In this document: positions 28,904 to 37,389 of the stretch, piece by piece
Position numbering within the stretch: the stretch's first letter is position 1
How the letters are laid out: every line of letters starts with the position of its first letter
Source of the DNA: Thermoproteota archaeon
Lineage (GTDB): Archaea; Korarchaeota; Korarchaeia; Korarchaeales; Korarchaeaceae
Assembly: GCA_027491915.1 (NCBI GenBank)
Contig: JAOZGC010000004.1
Span: 81,654-145,653 of the forward strand
Reading direction: 5' to 3'
DNA length: 64,000 nucleotides
Program-made: the position numbers and the translations under genes
Notes under the pieces: generated by a model
Databases searched by the model: none
Told to the model about the DNA's origin: nothing
What the model saw: only the letters and a program-made list of their open reading frames with translations

Positions 28904-29184
28904 GCTCCGAGGTTAAGGAGGAGAAGGTGACGAGGGAGCTGATCCCGCCGCCGGACGTCGAGGCGGAGATGAGGAGGTACGTAGAGAGGGCCCGGGTGGT
29001 AACTCCCCAGTCGCTGGCCATCAAATTCGGGATAAGGGTGAGCACGGCCAGGAAGATGCTCAGGAGGTACGCCGAGGAGGGCCTCGTTTTTTACGTCGAC
29101 GGCAACTCCCGCCTCCGGATATACTCCGGGGCCAAGGCCGGTCGGACCCCGGAGAGGAGGGGCGGATCTGACGATAACGCTTAA
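28900..29184 (+). CDS. rps25e: 30S ribosomal protein S25e
   Basis: RVVTPQSLA.KFGIRVSTARKMLR...EEG...RLRIYS winged-helix pattern. Confidence 0.8.
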   Translation: MSSEVKEEKVTRELIPPPDVEAEMRRYVERARVVTPQSLAIKFGIRVSTARKMLRRYAEEGLVFYVDGNSRLRIYSGAKAGRTPERRGGSDDNA

Positions 29185-29245
29185 TTAAGAAGGGGCCGCC
29201 CTTCCCTCGGAGTTTTTCTCTCTCGCGAGTTGAGGAGGGTTCCGA

Positions 29246-29629
29246 TTGGAGAGATCCCCAGACGGGAGAAGCTCATACCTGATGAGGCTGAAGGCTTCGG
29301 GGGTGGAGCTGAAGGTGAGGCTCTCCCGCCACCGCTCCCCGATAACGGTGGAGCGGCTGTACAGGATTCTGCCGACCTCCGGACTGGCCGTCGTCAGAGA
29401 ATCCTGCGTCTACGTGTTCTTGAATCTCAAGTCCAAGCTGGAGAAGCCGGTGAGGAGGTTGTCCCGGGGCGAGGTGGCCTTCGCCCCATCCGAGTCGGCG
29501 CTGGTCCTGGCGCTGGAGGACACGGCGCTGAACACCCCCGCCAGTCCCATAGGTACGGTGGACGGGAATCCGGCCGACCTCTCCAGGCTCAGGACCGGGG
29601 AGACCATCGAGCTGTCGAGGTGCTCTTGA
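29246..29629 (+). CDS. Cyclophilin-like fold protein
   Basis: SPITVERL..LP, LSRGEVAF.P..ALVL, SPIG pattern of the archaeal cyclophilin-like family. Confidence 0.6.
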   Translation: MERSPDGRSSYLMRLKASGVELKVRLSRHRSPITVERLYRILPTSGLAVVRESCVYVFLNLKSKLEKPVRRLSRGEVAFAPSESALVLALEDTALNTPASPIGTVDGNPADLSRLRTGETIELSRCS

Positions 29630-29630
29630 C

Positions 29631-30311
29631 TTGAGCGGGGATCGGCGCGTGCTCTCCTTCATATTCTTCGGCCGCGCGGCGATTCTGCTCTCCTCCGGCG
29701 GGAGATCCGTTCTGATAGATCCGGGGGTCAACTTGGGACTCAGGTTGGAGCGTCTCCTAGGCGAATCGAACGACCTCTCGTGCGTGATCGTCAGCCACGA
29801 GCACCCGGATCACTTCGATCGGGATCTCGTCGGGAGGCTCGCCTCGAGGGGAATCCCAGTCCTCGGGAGCAGGTACCTGCTGTCCGGGCTGTCAGGGGCG
29901 GCCGGACCAGACGCGGACCTCAGGATCATGAGGCACGGCGAATCGGTGGAGGTCGGGGGGGTTGAGGTGAGGCCCTTCAGGGCGAAGCACACCGGCCTGG
30001 GACCCTTCGTAGTGTTCGTCGAGCTCGGGGGCATCTCCGCCTTCCACGGCTCCGACTCCGGATTTACTCCCTCCATAAGGTCTTCGGCCGGGGTGGATGT
30101 GGCCTTCCTGCCGGCCGGCGGCGGATCTCCCACGGCGTCCGTATCGGAGTCCCTGCGGATCGCCAGGCTCCTCAACCCGAGGTGGATCGTCCCCATCCAC
30201 GGCACCCGCAGGGAGCTGTCCTCCCTGGCTAAGAAGGCGTCCAGGGTCCTGGGGGTTGGGACGGTCGTCCCAGAGAGGGGCGAGACCGTCGAACTGCCCC
30301 TGGGAGATTAG
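29631..30311 (+). CDS. Metallo-beta-lactamase fold hydrolase
   Basis: LIDP, SHEHPDH, FHGSDS, DVAFLP, VPIHG. Confidence 0.85.
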   Translation: MSGDRRVLSFIFFGRAAILLSSGGRSVLIDPGVNLGLRLERLLGESNDLSCVIVSHEHPDHFDRDLVGRLASRGIPVLGSRYLLSGLSGAAGPDADLRIMRHGESVEVGGVEVRPFRAKHTGLGPFVVFVELGGISAFHGSDSGFTPSIRSSAGVDVAFLPAGGGSPTASVSESLRIARLLNPRWIVPIHGTRRELSSLAKKASRVLGVGTVVPERGETVELPLGD

Positions 30312-31282
30312 AAGGAGTGCTCCCACCCCCCGGACCTCAGCCTCCTGATCTCACCCCCTCCTCCCTCCCTCAGCCACACCCCCTCTCCCTCTATCACCCT
30401 CCCTATCGTCATCAGTCGAACCCCCCTGGATTCAAAGGCCTTCACAGCCTCGTCCAGGAACTCGGGCCTTATGGTGAGGACCAGCTCGTACTCCTCCCCC
30501 CCATAGAAGGCTGCGTCGACGGGATTCACCCCCATCTCCAGGAGGGTCGAGAGCAACTCTTCCTCCACCGGGAGCCAGCTTATCTCGAACCCGACGCGGC
30601 TGGCGGCGCCCAGCTCCTCGAGCGTCCTCAGCAACCCGTCGCTGCTGTCGGCCGAGGAGGAGATGCCCTCCCAGAGCTCCCCAACGGCCTCCCCCTCGGG
30701 GAGGGGGGGAGACGGCTCCATCACGGCCTTGATGGCCCTCTCCTCCAGGGGCCTGGGGAGGGACACCTCCCCGAACGCCGCCCTGTAGCCGACCCAGGTC
30801 CACCCGAAGTACCCGGTGACCCCGACGACGTCCCCGGGGCGCGCGCCCCCCCTCCCCACCGGGTGCTCCGAGGATCCAAAGGCGACCGAGGTGAGCGAGA
30901 CCTCGGGGGAGGCCCCGACGTCCCCGCCCAGGAAATCGGCGCCCAACTCGCGCAGCCCGTCGGCCACCCCCCTGGCCAGCTGAACGACTTCTCCGGTCGA
31001 CACGCCCCTCTTCAACCCTACCGCGATCATGAAGGCCTCTGGCCTGGCCCCCTTGGCCAGCACGTCCGAGAATCCCTGGACTACCGATTTCCTCCCAAAT
31101 TGGCGGTAAGTCATGCCGGGCAGCCGGTCGGTCGACTCCGTCATCGAATCCACGTTGACGACGGCCTTTCCCCTGAACTCCCAGGCGGCCGCGTCGTCGA
31201 ACCCGACCCTGAGGGGAGATCTCCCCGCTCCGATCTCCCCGAGGAAAATCTCTATGACCTCCCTCTCCCTCAACGGGCTCAC
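30308..31282 (-). CDS. thiL: Thiamine-monophosphate kinase
   Basis: REREVIE, DDAA, SDVLAKGARP, GGD, DSSDGL, GGEEYELV, GWEHSF. Confidence 0.9.
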   Translation of the reverse strand: MSPLREREVIEIFLGEIGAGRSPLRVGFDDAAAWEFRGKAVVNVDSMTESTDRLPGMTYRQFGRKSVVQGFSDVLAKGARPEAFMIAVGLKRGVSTGEVVQLARGVADGLRELGADFLGGDVGASPEVSLTSVAFGSSEHPVGRGGARPGDVVGVTGYFGWTWVGYRAAFGEVSLPRPLEERAIKAVMEPSPPLPEGEAVGELWEGISSSADSSDGLLRTLEELGAASRVGFEISWLPVEEELLSTLLEMGVNPVDAAFYGGEEYELVLTIRPEFLDEAVKAFESRGVRLMTIGRVIEGEGVWLREGGGGEIRRLRSGGWEHSF

Positions 31283-31367
31283 CGCTCAACCCGTGGTCGC
31301 GCCCCCCCCGCCAGCATGGGTTAATATTTTGTAAGACGCGGCGGGTGGAATTCGGAGGCAGTACGCC

Positions 31368-32711
31368 ATGGGATTCGAGGTCGGGGTCCGCCGGGTGGTC
31401 ATACTCGGGGCTGCCGGGAGGGACTTCCACAACTTCAACGTCTTCTTCAGGGACAACCCGTCCTACAGGGTCGTGGCCTTCACCGCGGCCCAGCTCCCCA
31501 ACATATCCGGTAGGAGGTATCCCCCAGATCTGGCCGGTAGCCTCTACCCTGAGGGTATACCGATCCTGAGCGAGGAGGACCTCCCCAAGATAATAGAGGA
31601 GAACTCGATCGACCTGGTCGTCTTCTCCTACAGCGACGTCCCCCATCAGTACATAATGGAGAGGGCGGCCGTCGCCCAGGCCCACGGAGCAGATTTCATG
31701 CTTCTGGGGCCGAAGAGCACCATGCTGAAATCGAAGAAGCCGGTCGTGGCCGTCACGGCCGTCAGGACCGGGTCCGGGAAGAGCCCCACCTCCAGGAGGG
31801 TGGCCCGGATCCTGAGGGAGAGGGGCATCAGGGTCGCCGTGATAAGGCACCCCATGCCCTACGGGAACCTCAGCGAGCAGGCTGTCCAGAGGTTCGAGAC
31901 CCTGGAAGATCTCGACAGGGAGAAGTGCACCATAGAGGAGAGGGAGGATTACGAGCCCCACATAAGGATGGGGAGCGTGGTGTTCGCCGGCGTGGACTAC
32001 GCGCGCATACTGGAGAGGGCCGAGGCCGAGGCCGACGTCATACTCTGGGACGGGGGGAACAACGACTTCCCGTTCTACGTGCCGGATCTCTGGATAACCG
32101 TCGCCGATCCGCTGCGGGCTGGTCACGAGCTGACCTACTGGCCCGGCTCTGTCAACATAAGGGCCGCCGACGTGGTGATAATAAACAAGGTCGACGTCGC
32201 CAGCTCGGCCGAGATAGAGGAAGTCCGATCGAACGTCATCAGCGTGAACCCGGGGGCCACCATAATAGAGGCGGCCATGCCCATATCCGTGGACCGGCCC
32301 GAGCTGATAAGGGGCAAGAGGGTCCTGGTGGTCGAGGACGGGCCCACAGTGACCCACGGGGAGATGGGATTCGGGGCCGGGTACCTGGCGGCCCTGAGGT
32401 TCGGGGCCTCCGAGATAGTTGACCCGCGGCCCTTCGCCGTAGGATCCATAAGGGAGACCTTCGAGAAGTACGGCCACCTGAAAGACGTCCTCCCGGCCGT
32501 GGGCTACGGAGACAGGCAGATGAGGGAGCTCGAGGAGGTAATAAACGGGGCAGACGCCGACACCGTCATCCTGGGGACCCCGACCGACCTGTCCCGGTAC
32601 CTGAGAATCAACAAGCCGGCGGTCCACGTGACCTACGAGATCCAGGAGATAGGGAGTCCCACGCTGGCGGACGTGGTGGACGAATTCCTGGAGAGGGTGA
32701 ACTTACCTTGA
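31368..32711 (+). CDS. COG2403 P-loop protein (cyclic 2,3-diphosphoglycerate synthetase-related; arginine synthetase ArcE-like)
   Basis: ILGAAGRDFHNFN, RTGSGKS, RHPMPYG, IEEREDYEPH, WDGGNND, INKVD, EDGPT. Confidence 0.8.
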   Translation: MGFEVGVRRVVILGAAGRDFHNFNVFFRDNPSYRVVAFTAAQLPNISGRRYPPDLAGSLYPEGIPILSEEDLPKIIEENSIDLVVFSYSDVPHQYIMERAAVAQAHGADFMLLGPKSTMLKSKKPVVAVTAVRTGSGKSPTSRRVARILRERGIRVAVIRHPMPYGNLSEQAVQRFETLEDLDREKCTIEEREDYEPHIRMGSVVFAGVDYARILERAEAEADVILWDGGNNDFPFYVPDLWITVADPLRAGHELTYWPGSVNIRAADVVIINKVDVASSAEIEEVRSNVISVNPGATIIEAAMPISVDRPELIRGKRVLVVEDGPTVTHGEMGFGAGYLAALRFGASEIVDPRPFAVGSIRETFEKYGHLKDVLPAVGYGDRQMRELEEVINGADADTVILGTPTDLSRYLRINKPAVHVTYEIQEIGSPTLADVVDEFLERVNLP

Positions 32712-33478
32712 AAGTGGAGAGGAGGATCTGGAGGCTGAGCTGGCCGGAGCTGGCCGAGGCCACCTTGGAGAGGGACCTAGCAATCCTACCGGTCGGGGTC
32801 GTGGAGGCCCACGGCCCGCACCTCCCGCTAGGGACGGACTTCATCATCCCAACCTGGCTCGCGGAGAGGCTGGCGGACGAGCTGGACGCCATGATAGCCC
32901 CGACCATCCCGTACGGCAACGTGGAATCCCTGTCCGGGTACGTGGGATCCATGTCCATAGGCCCAGACGTCTTAGAGGGACTGGTCTACGACGTCGTTAG
33001 GTCTCTGGCCGAGAGCGGATTCTCCAGGATCATACTGCTCAACGGTCACGGCGGATCGAGGCACCTGGACGCCTTGAAGAGCGCGATCAGGAGAGCCTGG
33101 AGGGATCTGGGCGTGAAGACCGTGCTGGTCAACTGGTGGATCCTCGGATCCGAGGCGGCCAGGGAGGTGCTCGGTTCGGTCGGGGGTCACGCCGGGACCG
33201 AGGAGACCGCGGCCATTATGGTCGTGGACCCCTCCCTCGTCAAGCGGAGCCTGTTCGACAGGTCCGAGGTGTACCTCTACGAGGAGGGGATCGACCCGTA
33301 TCCGTCGCCGGGTTCCATCCTGCTCTACTCCGGGGACGACAGGGCCGAGCTGCCCGACGAGGGGGCCGCCGAGGCCTTCATGGAGAGGCTGGTCTCCGAT
33401 CTGTCCGAGAAGATCAGGAGGATCCTGATGGGGTGGGACGGTCAGGAGGGCGCGGGGTGGGAGTTGTCCCGGGATTGA
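32708..33478 (+). CDS. Creatininase-family amidohydrolase
   Basis: EAHGPHLPLGTD, NGHGG, HAG.EET. Confidence 0.88.
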   Translation: MKVERRIWRLSWPELAEATLERDLAILPVGVVEAHGPHLPLGTDFIIPTWLAERLADELDAMIAPTIPYGNVESLSGYVGSMSIGPDVLEGLVYDVVRSLAESGFSRIILLNGHGGSRHLDALKSAIRRAWRDLGVKTVLVNWWILGSEAAREVLGSVGGHAGTEETAAIMVVDPSLVKRSLFDRSEVYLYEEGIDPYPSPGSILLYSGDDRAELPDEGAAEAFMERLVSDLSEKIRRILMGWDGQEGAGWELSRD

Positions 33479-34842
33479 GGAAGACCAAGATCCTGGCTAC
33501 CCTCGGACCCGCATCCGGCGGGGGTGAGGTCCCCCTCCTCCTGGCCAGGGAGGGGGCGGACTGCTTCAGGATAAACTTCTCCCACGGGAACAGGGAGAGG
33601 TGGGCCGCCTACGTCTCGGCGGCGAGGAAGGTGGAGGAGAGGCTGGGCCGCCCGGTGGGCCTGGTGGGGGACCTGACCGGCCCGACCGTGAGGATCTCCC
33701 TCGAGAGACCGGTGGAGATCCAGAAGGGGGAGGGACTGACCTTCTCCTACGGCGAGGGGGAGGGGGTGAGGCTCGAGGGCGCGGACGTGCTGGGCTCTCT
33801 GGAGGTGGGAGACGAGGTCGTGATCGACGAGGGGAGGCTGAGGTTCGTCGTCCAAGGGGTGGGCGTTAGGTCGTTCGAGGCCCTCGCCCTGGTGGGCGGC
33901 GTTCTCAAGCCCGGTAAGAAGCTGGCCGTGACCGGAAAGGAACTGGAATCTCCTCCCCTCACCGAGAAGGACTTTAGGGACCTGTCCTTCGTCGTCAGCA
34001 GCGACTTCGACTACGTGGGCCTGAGCTTCGTCAGGTCGCCCTCCGACGTCAGGGCCCTGAGGGATCTGCTGGACTCCAAAGGCAGGGACGACGTCAGGGT
34101 GATCGCCAAGATAGAGACTTCTTCGGCGGTCGATCGCGTCGAGGACATAGCCCGGGAGTCGGACGCCCTCATGATAGCGCGGGGGGACCTGGGGATACAC
34201 TTCCCGCTGGAGGAGATACCGGCGATCCAGAGGAGGATAATAAGGGCCGCCCGATCCGCAGGGAAACCCGCCCTCGTTGCCACCCAGCTGCTGGAAAGCA
34301 TGGTGAGCAATCCGGTTCCCACCAGGAGCGAGGTGGTCGACGTCATGATGGCAGTGTCCCAGGGGGCCGACGCTCTGGTCCTCGCCGGCGAGACGGCCGT
34401 GGGGGGCTTCCCGGTGGAGGCGGTCAGGTGGATCAGGAAGATAGTTGAGAGGGCGGAGGAGGAGTACAGGCCGCCCCCACCGGAGATAGAGGGCGCCACG
34501 ATATACGACAACTTCGCCAGGGGAGTGGCCCTGCTGGCCGACAGCCTGGGAGCCAAGATACTGATCTACACCAGGAGCGGCAGGACAGCCGAGAGGATAT
34601 CGAGGTACAGGCCGAGCTCGCCCATACACGCCTCCACCGGATCTAAGAGGGTAGCCCGACAGATGTCCCTCCTGTGGGGAGTCAATCCGATCCACGTCGA
34701 CTCCACCGACAGGGAGGGCGCACTGAGTAGGCTCGTCGCCGAGCTGAAGGAGTCCGGGGCGGTCTCCTTCGGAGACCTCCTGGTGCTTGCCTACGGCCTC
34801 ACCCCGGGCGCCACAGACGTCCTCAGGATAATGGCCGTATGA
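33475..34842 (+). CDS. pyk: Pyruvate kinase
   Basis: RKTKILATLGP, RINFSHG, IAKIE, ARGDLG, ATQLLESM, PTRSEV.D, GETA.G; TTG start overlaps upstream stop. Confidence 0.95.
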   Translation: MRKTKILATLGPASGGGEVPLLLAREGADCFRINFSHGNRERWAAYVSAARKVEERLGRPVGLVGDLTGPTVRISLERPVEIQKGEGLTFSYGEGEGVRLEGADVLGSLEVGDEVVIDEGRLRFVVQGVGVRSFEALALVGGVLKPGKKLAVTGKELESPPLTEKDFRDLSFVVSSDFDYVGLSFVRSPSDVRALRDLLDSKGRDDVRVIAKIETSSAVDRVEDIARESDALMIARGDLGIHFPLEEIPAIQRRIIRAARSAGKPALVATQLLESMVSNPVPTRSEVVDVMMAVSQGADALVLAGETAVGGFPVEAVRWIRKIVERAEEEYRPPPPEIEGATIYDNFARGVALLADSLGAKILIYTRSGRTAERISRYRPSSPIHASTGSKRVARQMSLLWGVNPIHVDSTDREGALSRLVAELKESGAVSFGDLLVLAYGLTPGATDVLRIMAV

Positions 34843-35433
34843 CCCCACGCTAAGCTAAAGAAAATGAGGGTGACCGCGTCACATAGGCCACGATCCCAAC
34901 GAACGTCCGGCTAAGTCTATCCAATATAATTTACACAATCCAGATTTTAGATTTACTTCATTTAAATTTGTTTTGGGGCGGGTCGGCTCTCCGATTCCGT
35001 CGGCGAGCTACCGCGCATCCCGATTCGTTTTTCAGCAGCCCCCCTTCAATTGCGCGGCCGTGATGAAATTCGATCTCGCCGAGAAGCTCGACGATGGCCT
35101 GGTTCTACCCGACTTAGGACGGTCAGGCGGATGGTCAACATAATTAATTTCTGGGTGAATTTTTCAAATTAAATATCTTACAACCGTGGTGGAATCCTCA
35201 TTATGATCAAATTTGAAGCCTCGCGTCAATATGAGAGAAACTGGATCTCCTAACCTTTCCAGACCGCGCGAGCCCGGCTCCCCGGGCCGCGGATGACAGG
35301 GAATTCGGGGCGGCACCTTCGGATCTCGAAGGGAGAGATCGCGGTCCGATCATAGAAAAGATTAAATAACGTAGCCGACCCGACTGATCAATCCCAAGAG
35401 ATTTGGGAGCAAAAGAATGGGGGTGTATGAGGG
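34843..35433. other. ~590-bp non-coding region with AT-rich tracts
   Basis: No credible ORF; AT-rich blocks at ~34918-34974 and ~35138-35216 stand out against the GC-rich window. Confidence 0.75.
35060..35112 (+). ncRNA. Possible box C/D guide sRNA
   Basis: GTGATGA (C) - 12 nt - CCGA (D') - CGACGA (C'-like) - 14 nt - CCGA (D-like); D box is non-canonical. Confidence 0.35.
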
Positions 35434-35664
35434 ATGCCGCAGAAGGCCGCGAAGTACCTGCCCCTGGCGCCCATATATCGGATCATAAAGGAGGCCGGCG
35501 CCGAGAGGGTTAGCGACAGCGCGAAGATCCGGCTGGCCTACCACCTGGAGAAGTTCGCCTCTGAGGTTGCCAAGCAGGCCGTCGACCTCGCTCGGCACGC
35601 CAAGAGGAAGACCGTCACCGACAAGGACATAGAGCTGGCCGTGTCCTCCGTCTGGAGGAGGTGA
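35434..35664 (+). CDS. Archaeal histone
   Basis: LPLAPIYRIIKEAGAERVS, ARHAKRKTV..KDIELA. Confidence 0.95.
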   Translation: MPQKAAKYLPLAPIYRIIKEAGAERVSDSAKIRLAYHLEKFASEVAKQAVDLARHAKRKTVTDKDIELAVSSVWRR

Positions 35665-35673
35665 AGAGCCTCC

Positions 35674-36006
35674 TCATCCTCTCTTCTTTTTTTGGACCTC
35701 CTCTAGAATCTTGAGTATCTCTTCTCCCGCCTCCAGGGCGCCCCTGGCGTCTATCTCGGAGCAGGATCCCTCCTCCGGCGGGATTGGAGGCCCTATCTCC
35801 GGCTCGCATATCGGAGTCAGCCAGGGTGAGGATCTGCACAGGGAATCTATCCTCTCCCTGGCCCATTCTGGCAGGTCGATGGATCCGGCGAACTTCATGG
35901 CCTCGGAGATCGCCTTCTGAACGGCGACGACGGAGGTGACGCACTTGCCCGAGGAGTACACCTCCCGGGCCTGTCTCAGGAGATCCCTCACCCTCTCGAT
36001 ACTCAC
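35674..36006 (-). CDS. HEPN-like helical protein (degenerate)
   Basis: RDLLRQAREVYSSG...AVQKAISEAMK and DARGALEAGEEIL resemble HEPN helices; no Rx4-6H motif. Confidence 0.5.
   Translation of the reverse strand: MSIERVRDLLRQAREVYSSGKCVTSVVAVQKAISEAMKFAGSIDLPEWARERIDSLCRSSPWLTPICEPEIGPPIPPEEGSCSEIDARGALEAGEEILKILEEVQKKKRG
35680..35693 (+). terminator. Oligo-T terminator after the histone gene
   Basis: Pyrimidine run ending in TTTTTTT about 16-30 nt after the histone stop. Confidence 0.5.
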
Positions 36007-36027
36007 CGCGCATCCCCCACATCCACT

Positions 36028-36106
36028 TGGCGGGCCCGGCGGGACTCGAACCCGCGGCCTGCGGCTCCGAAGGCCGCCGCTCTAATCCTTACTGAGCTAC
36101 GGGCCC
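36028..36106 (-). tRNA. tRNA-Arg (anticodon UCG), CCA encoded, no intron
   Basis: GGGCCCG acceptor, GCGGC-CTTCGGA-GCCGC anticodon arm, GGTTCGAGTCC T arm, 3' GCCA. Confidence 0.95.
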
Positions 36107-37359
36107 GTCGTCCCCGTCCGCCCTACCGACTTTAACCTTTTCTTCCTGAACAGCCCGTAGGCCACCCCACCCACCACCAGGACGATCAGCACGGCTGCCA
36201 GGGGGATCCAGTCTCCCTCCACCATCTTAACTCCCAGAAACCCGAAGAGCGCCGCCCTCGGCACCAGGGCGACCACGTTGGCCCCCAGGAAGGGGAGGAG
36301 CTCCATGTTGGACAGCCCCGCCGCGTAGGAGACCAGGTCCACCGGGCTGAAGGGGAGCAGCCGGGCGACTACCACCGCCAGGACCCCCCACCTCCGAAAC
36401 CACCCATCCACCGCCGAGATCACCTCTTCCCTGAACAGCCTCGTGACGAAGGGCCTGCCCGCGAGCCTGGCGATGTAGAAGTTGGTCAGGGCCCCCAGGG
36501 TCCCCCCTATCCCGCCGTATACTCCCACCTCCACGGGGCTCATACCAAGGGCTCCGGCCGCTATTAGGAGGGCGTCGGCCGGGATGGGGGATATCACCGA
36601 CTGGGCTATCATCGCCAGTATGAGGCCCGGCCCGCCATAGGAGTGCACCCACCCCACCACGGTCTCTATGGCCGGCTGGTAGCTGGCCGCCATCCCGTAG
36701 AGGTCGGGGACGAACCGGACGTTCAGCAGTCCCAGGGAAGCCAAGACCATACCCAGGTAACTCGGTCTGATCTTCTCGTCGAGGGCGGAGGCCTTCCAGA
36801 CCAGCAGCGCCGCCGTGGAGACCAGCAGGGCCATGGGGGAACGGAGGTCCGCGGGTGAGAGGAACATCACCGGGATGGAGGAGAGGGAGGCCAGGGCGGC
36901 GGCCTTCCTCCCTCCCACCCCGGAGGCAGTAAGGGCGGCCAGCGCCGCGCCCGACCCGCCAAAACCCATGACAGACATACCCTGGACGAATCCGGAGACG
37001 AAGCCGTCGGAGGCGCCCGGATCCCTGCCCTCCTCCGCGGCCAGCAGGTCGAACCTCATCATCAGCGCGGCGATCCACACCATCGCAGAGAGGGCGGCGC
37101 AGGCCGATCCCCCGATCACCGCGTTGCCCGCCGGCACCAGGGATCGGAAGGCCGCCCCGACGACCGCCGAGGTTATCAGCGCAGAGACCGCCGGAGCGAG
37201 CATTTCCCTCGATGAGATCTCCTCCCCGTAGACCAACAGTCCCGCTATGGCCTGAATCCGCCCCCCGGTCACCGGCCGCGCCGGGATCCACTCCGTCAAC
37301 CCCGCCAGAGCCCACCCGTAGTCCAGGCCCGAACCCTGAGCGCCGGTGATGCAGCACAT
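36097..37359 (-). CDS. Fusion of a degenerate BacA/UppP-like domain and a DedA/VTT (SNARE-associated) domain; start uncertain
   Basis: N-half GLTEWIP and GFVQGMSVMGFGGSGA..AAALASLSSIP; C-half SPIPAD, GGTLGA..NFYIAR..GR, ARLLPF, SYAAGLS. Confidence 0.7.
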   Translation of the reverse strand: MCCITGAQGSGLDYGWALAGLTEWIPARPVTGGRIQAIAGLLVYGEEISSREMLAPAVSALITSAVVGAAFRSLVPAGNAVIGGSACAALSAMVWIAALMMRFDLLAAEEGRDPGASDGFVSGFVQGMSVMGFGGSGAALAALTASGVGGRKAAALASLSSIPVMFLSPADLRSPMALLVSTAALLVWKASALDEKIRPSYLGMVLASLGLLNVRFVPDLYGMAASYQPAIETVVGWVHSYGGPGLILAMIAQSVISPIPADALLIAAGALGMSPVEVGVYGGIGGTLGALTNFYIARLAGRPFVTRLFREEVISAVDGWFRRWGVLAVVVARLLPFSPVDLVSYAAGLSNMELLPFLGANVVALVPRAALFGFLGVKMVEGDWIPLAAVLIVLVVGGVAYGLFRKKRLKSVGRTGTTGP

Positions 37360-37389
37360 TCTTAATCTATTGCGGCCTCCCCCGGCTAG

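Noticed and set aside
30432-32627. 731-aa minus-strand ORF, and the many similar long overlapping ORFs in the track
   Set aside because: Off-frame or antisense shadows expected at high GC; they overlap well-supported genes and have Pro/Gly/Arg-biased composition.
34900-35270. Canonical ORB boxes or a dif site in the AT-rich gap
   Set aside because: Only TCCAG cores are present, without the GAAA/G-string of ORB, and I found no 11-6-11 inverted repeat; not annotated as oriC or dif.
36028-36106. tRNA genes as integration sites for a mobile element (also tRNA-Asn at 63195-63271)
   Set aside because: No integrase, no duplicated tRNA 3' end and no compositional shift next to either tRNA.
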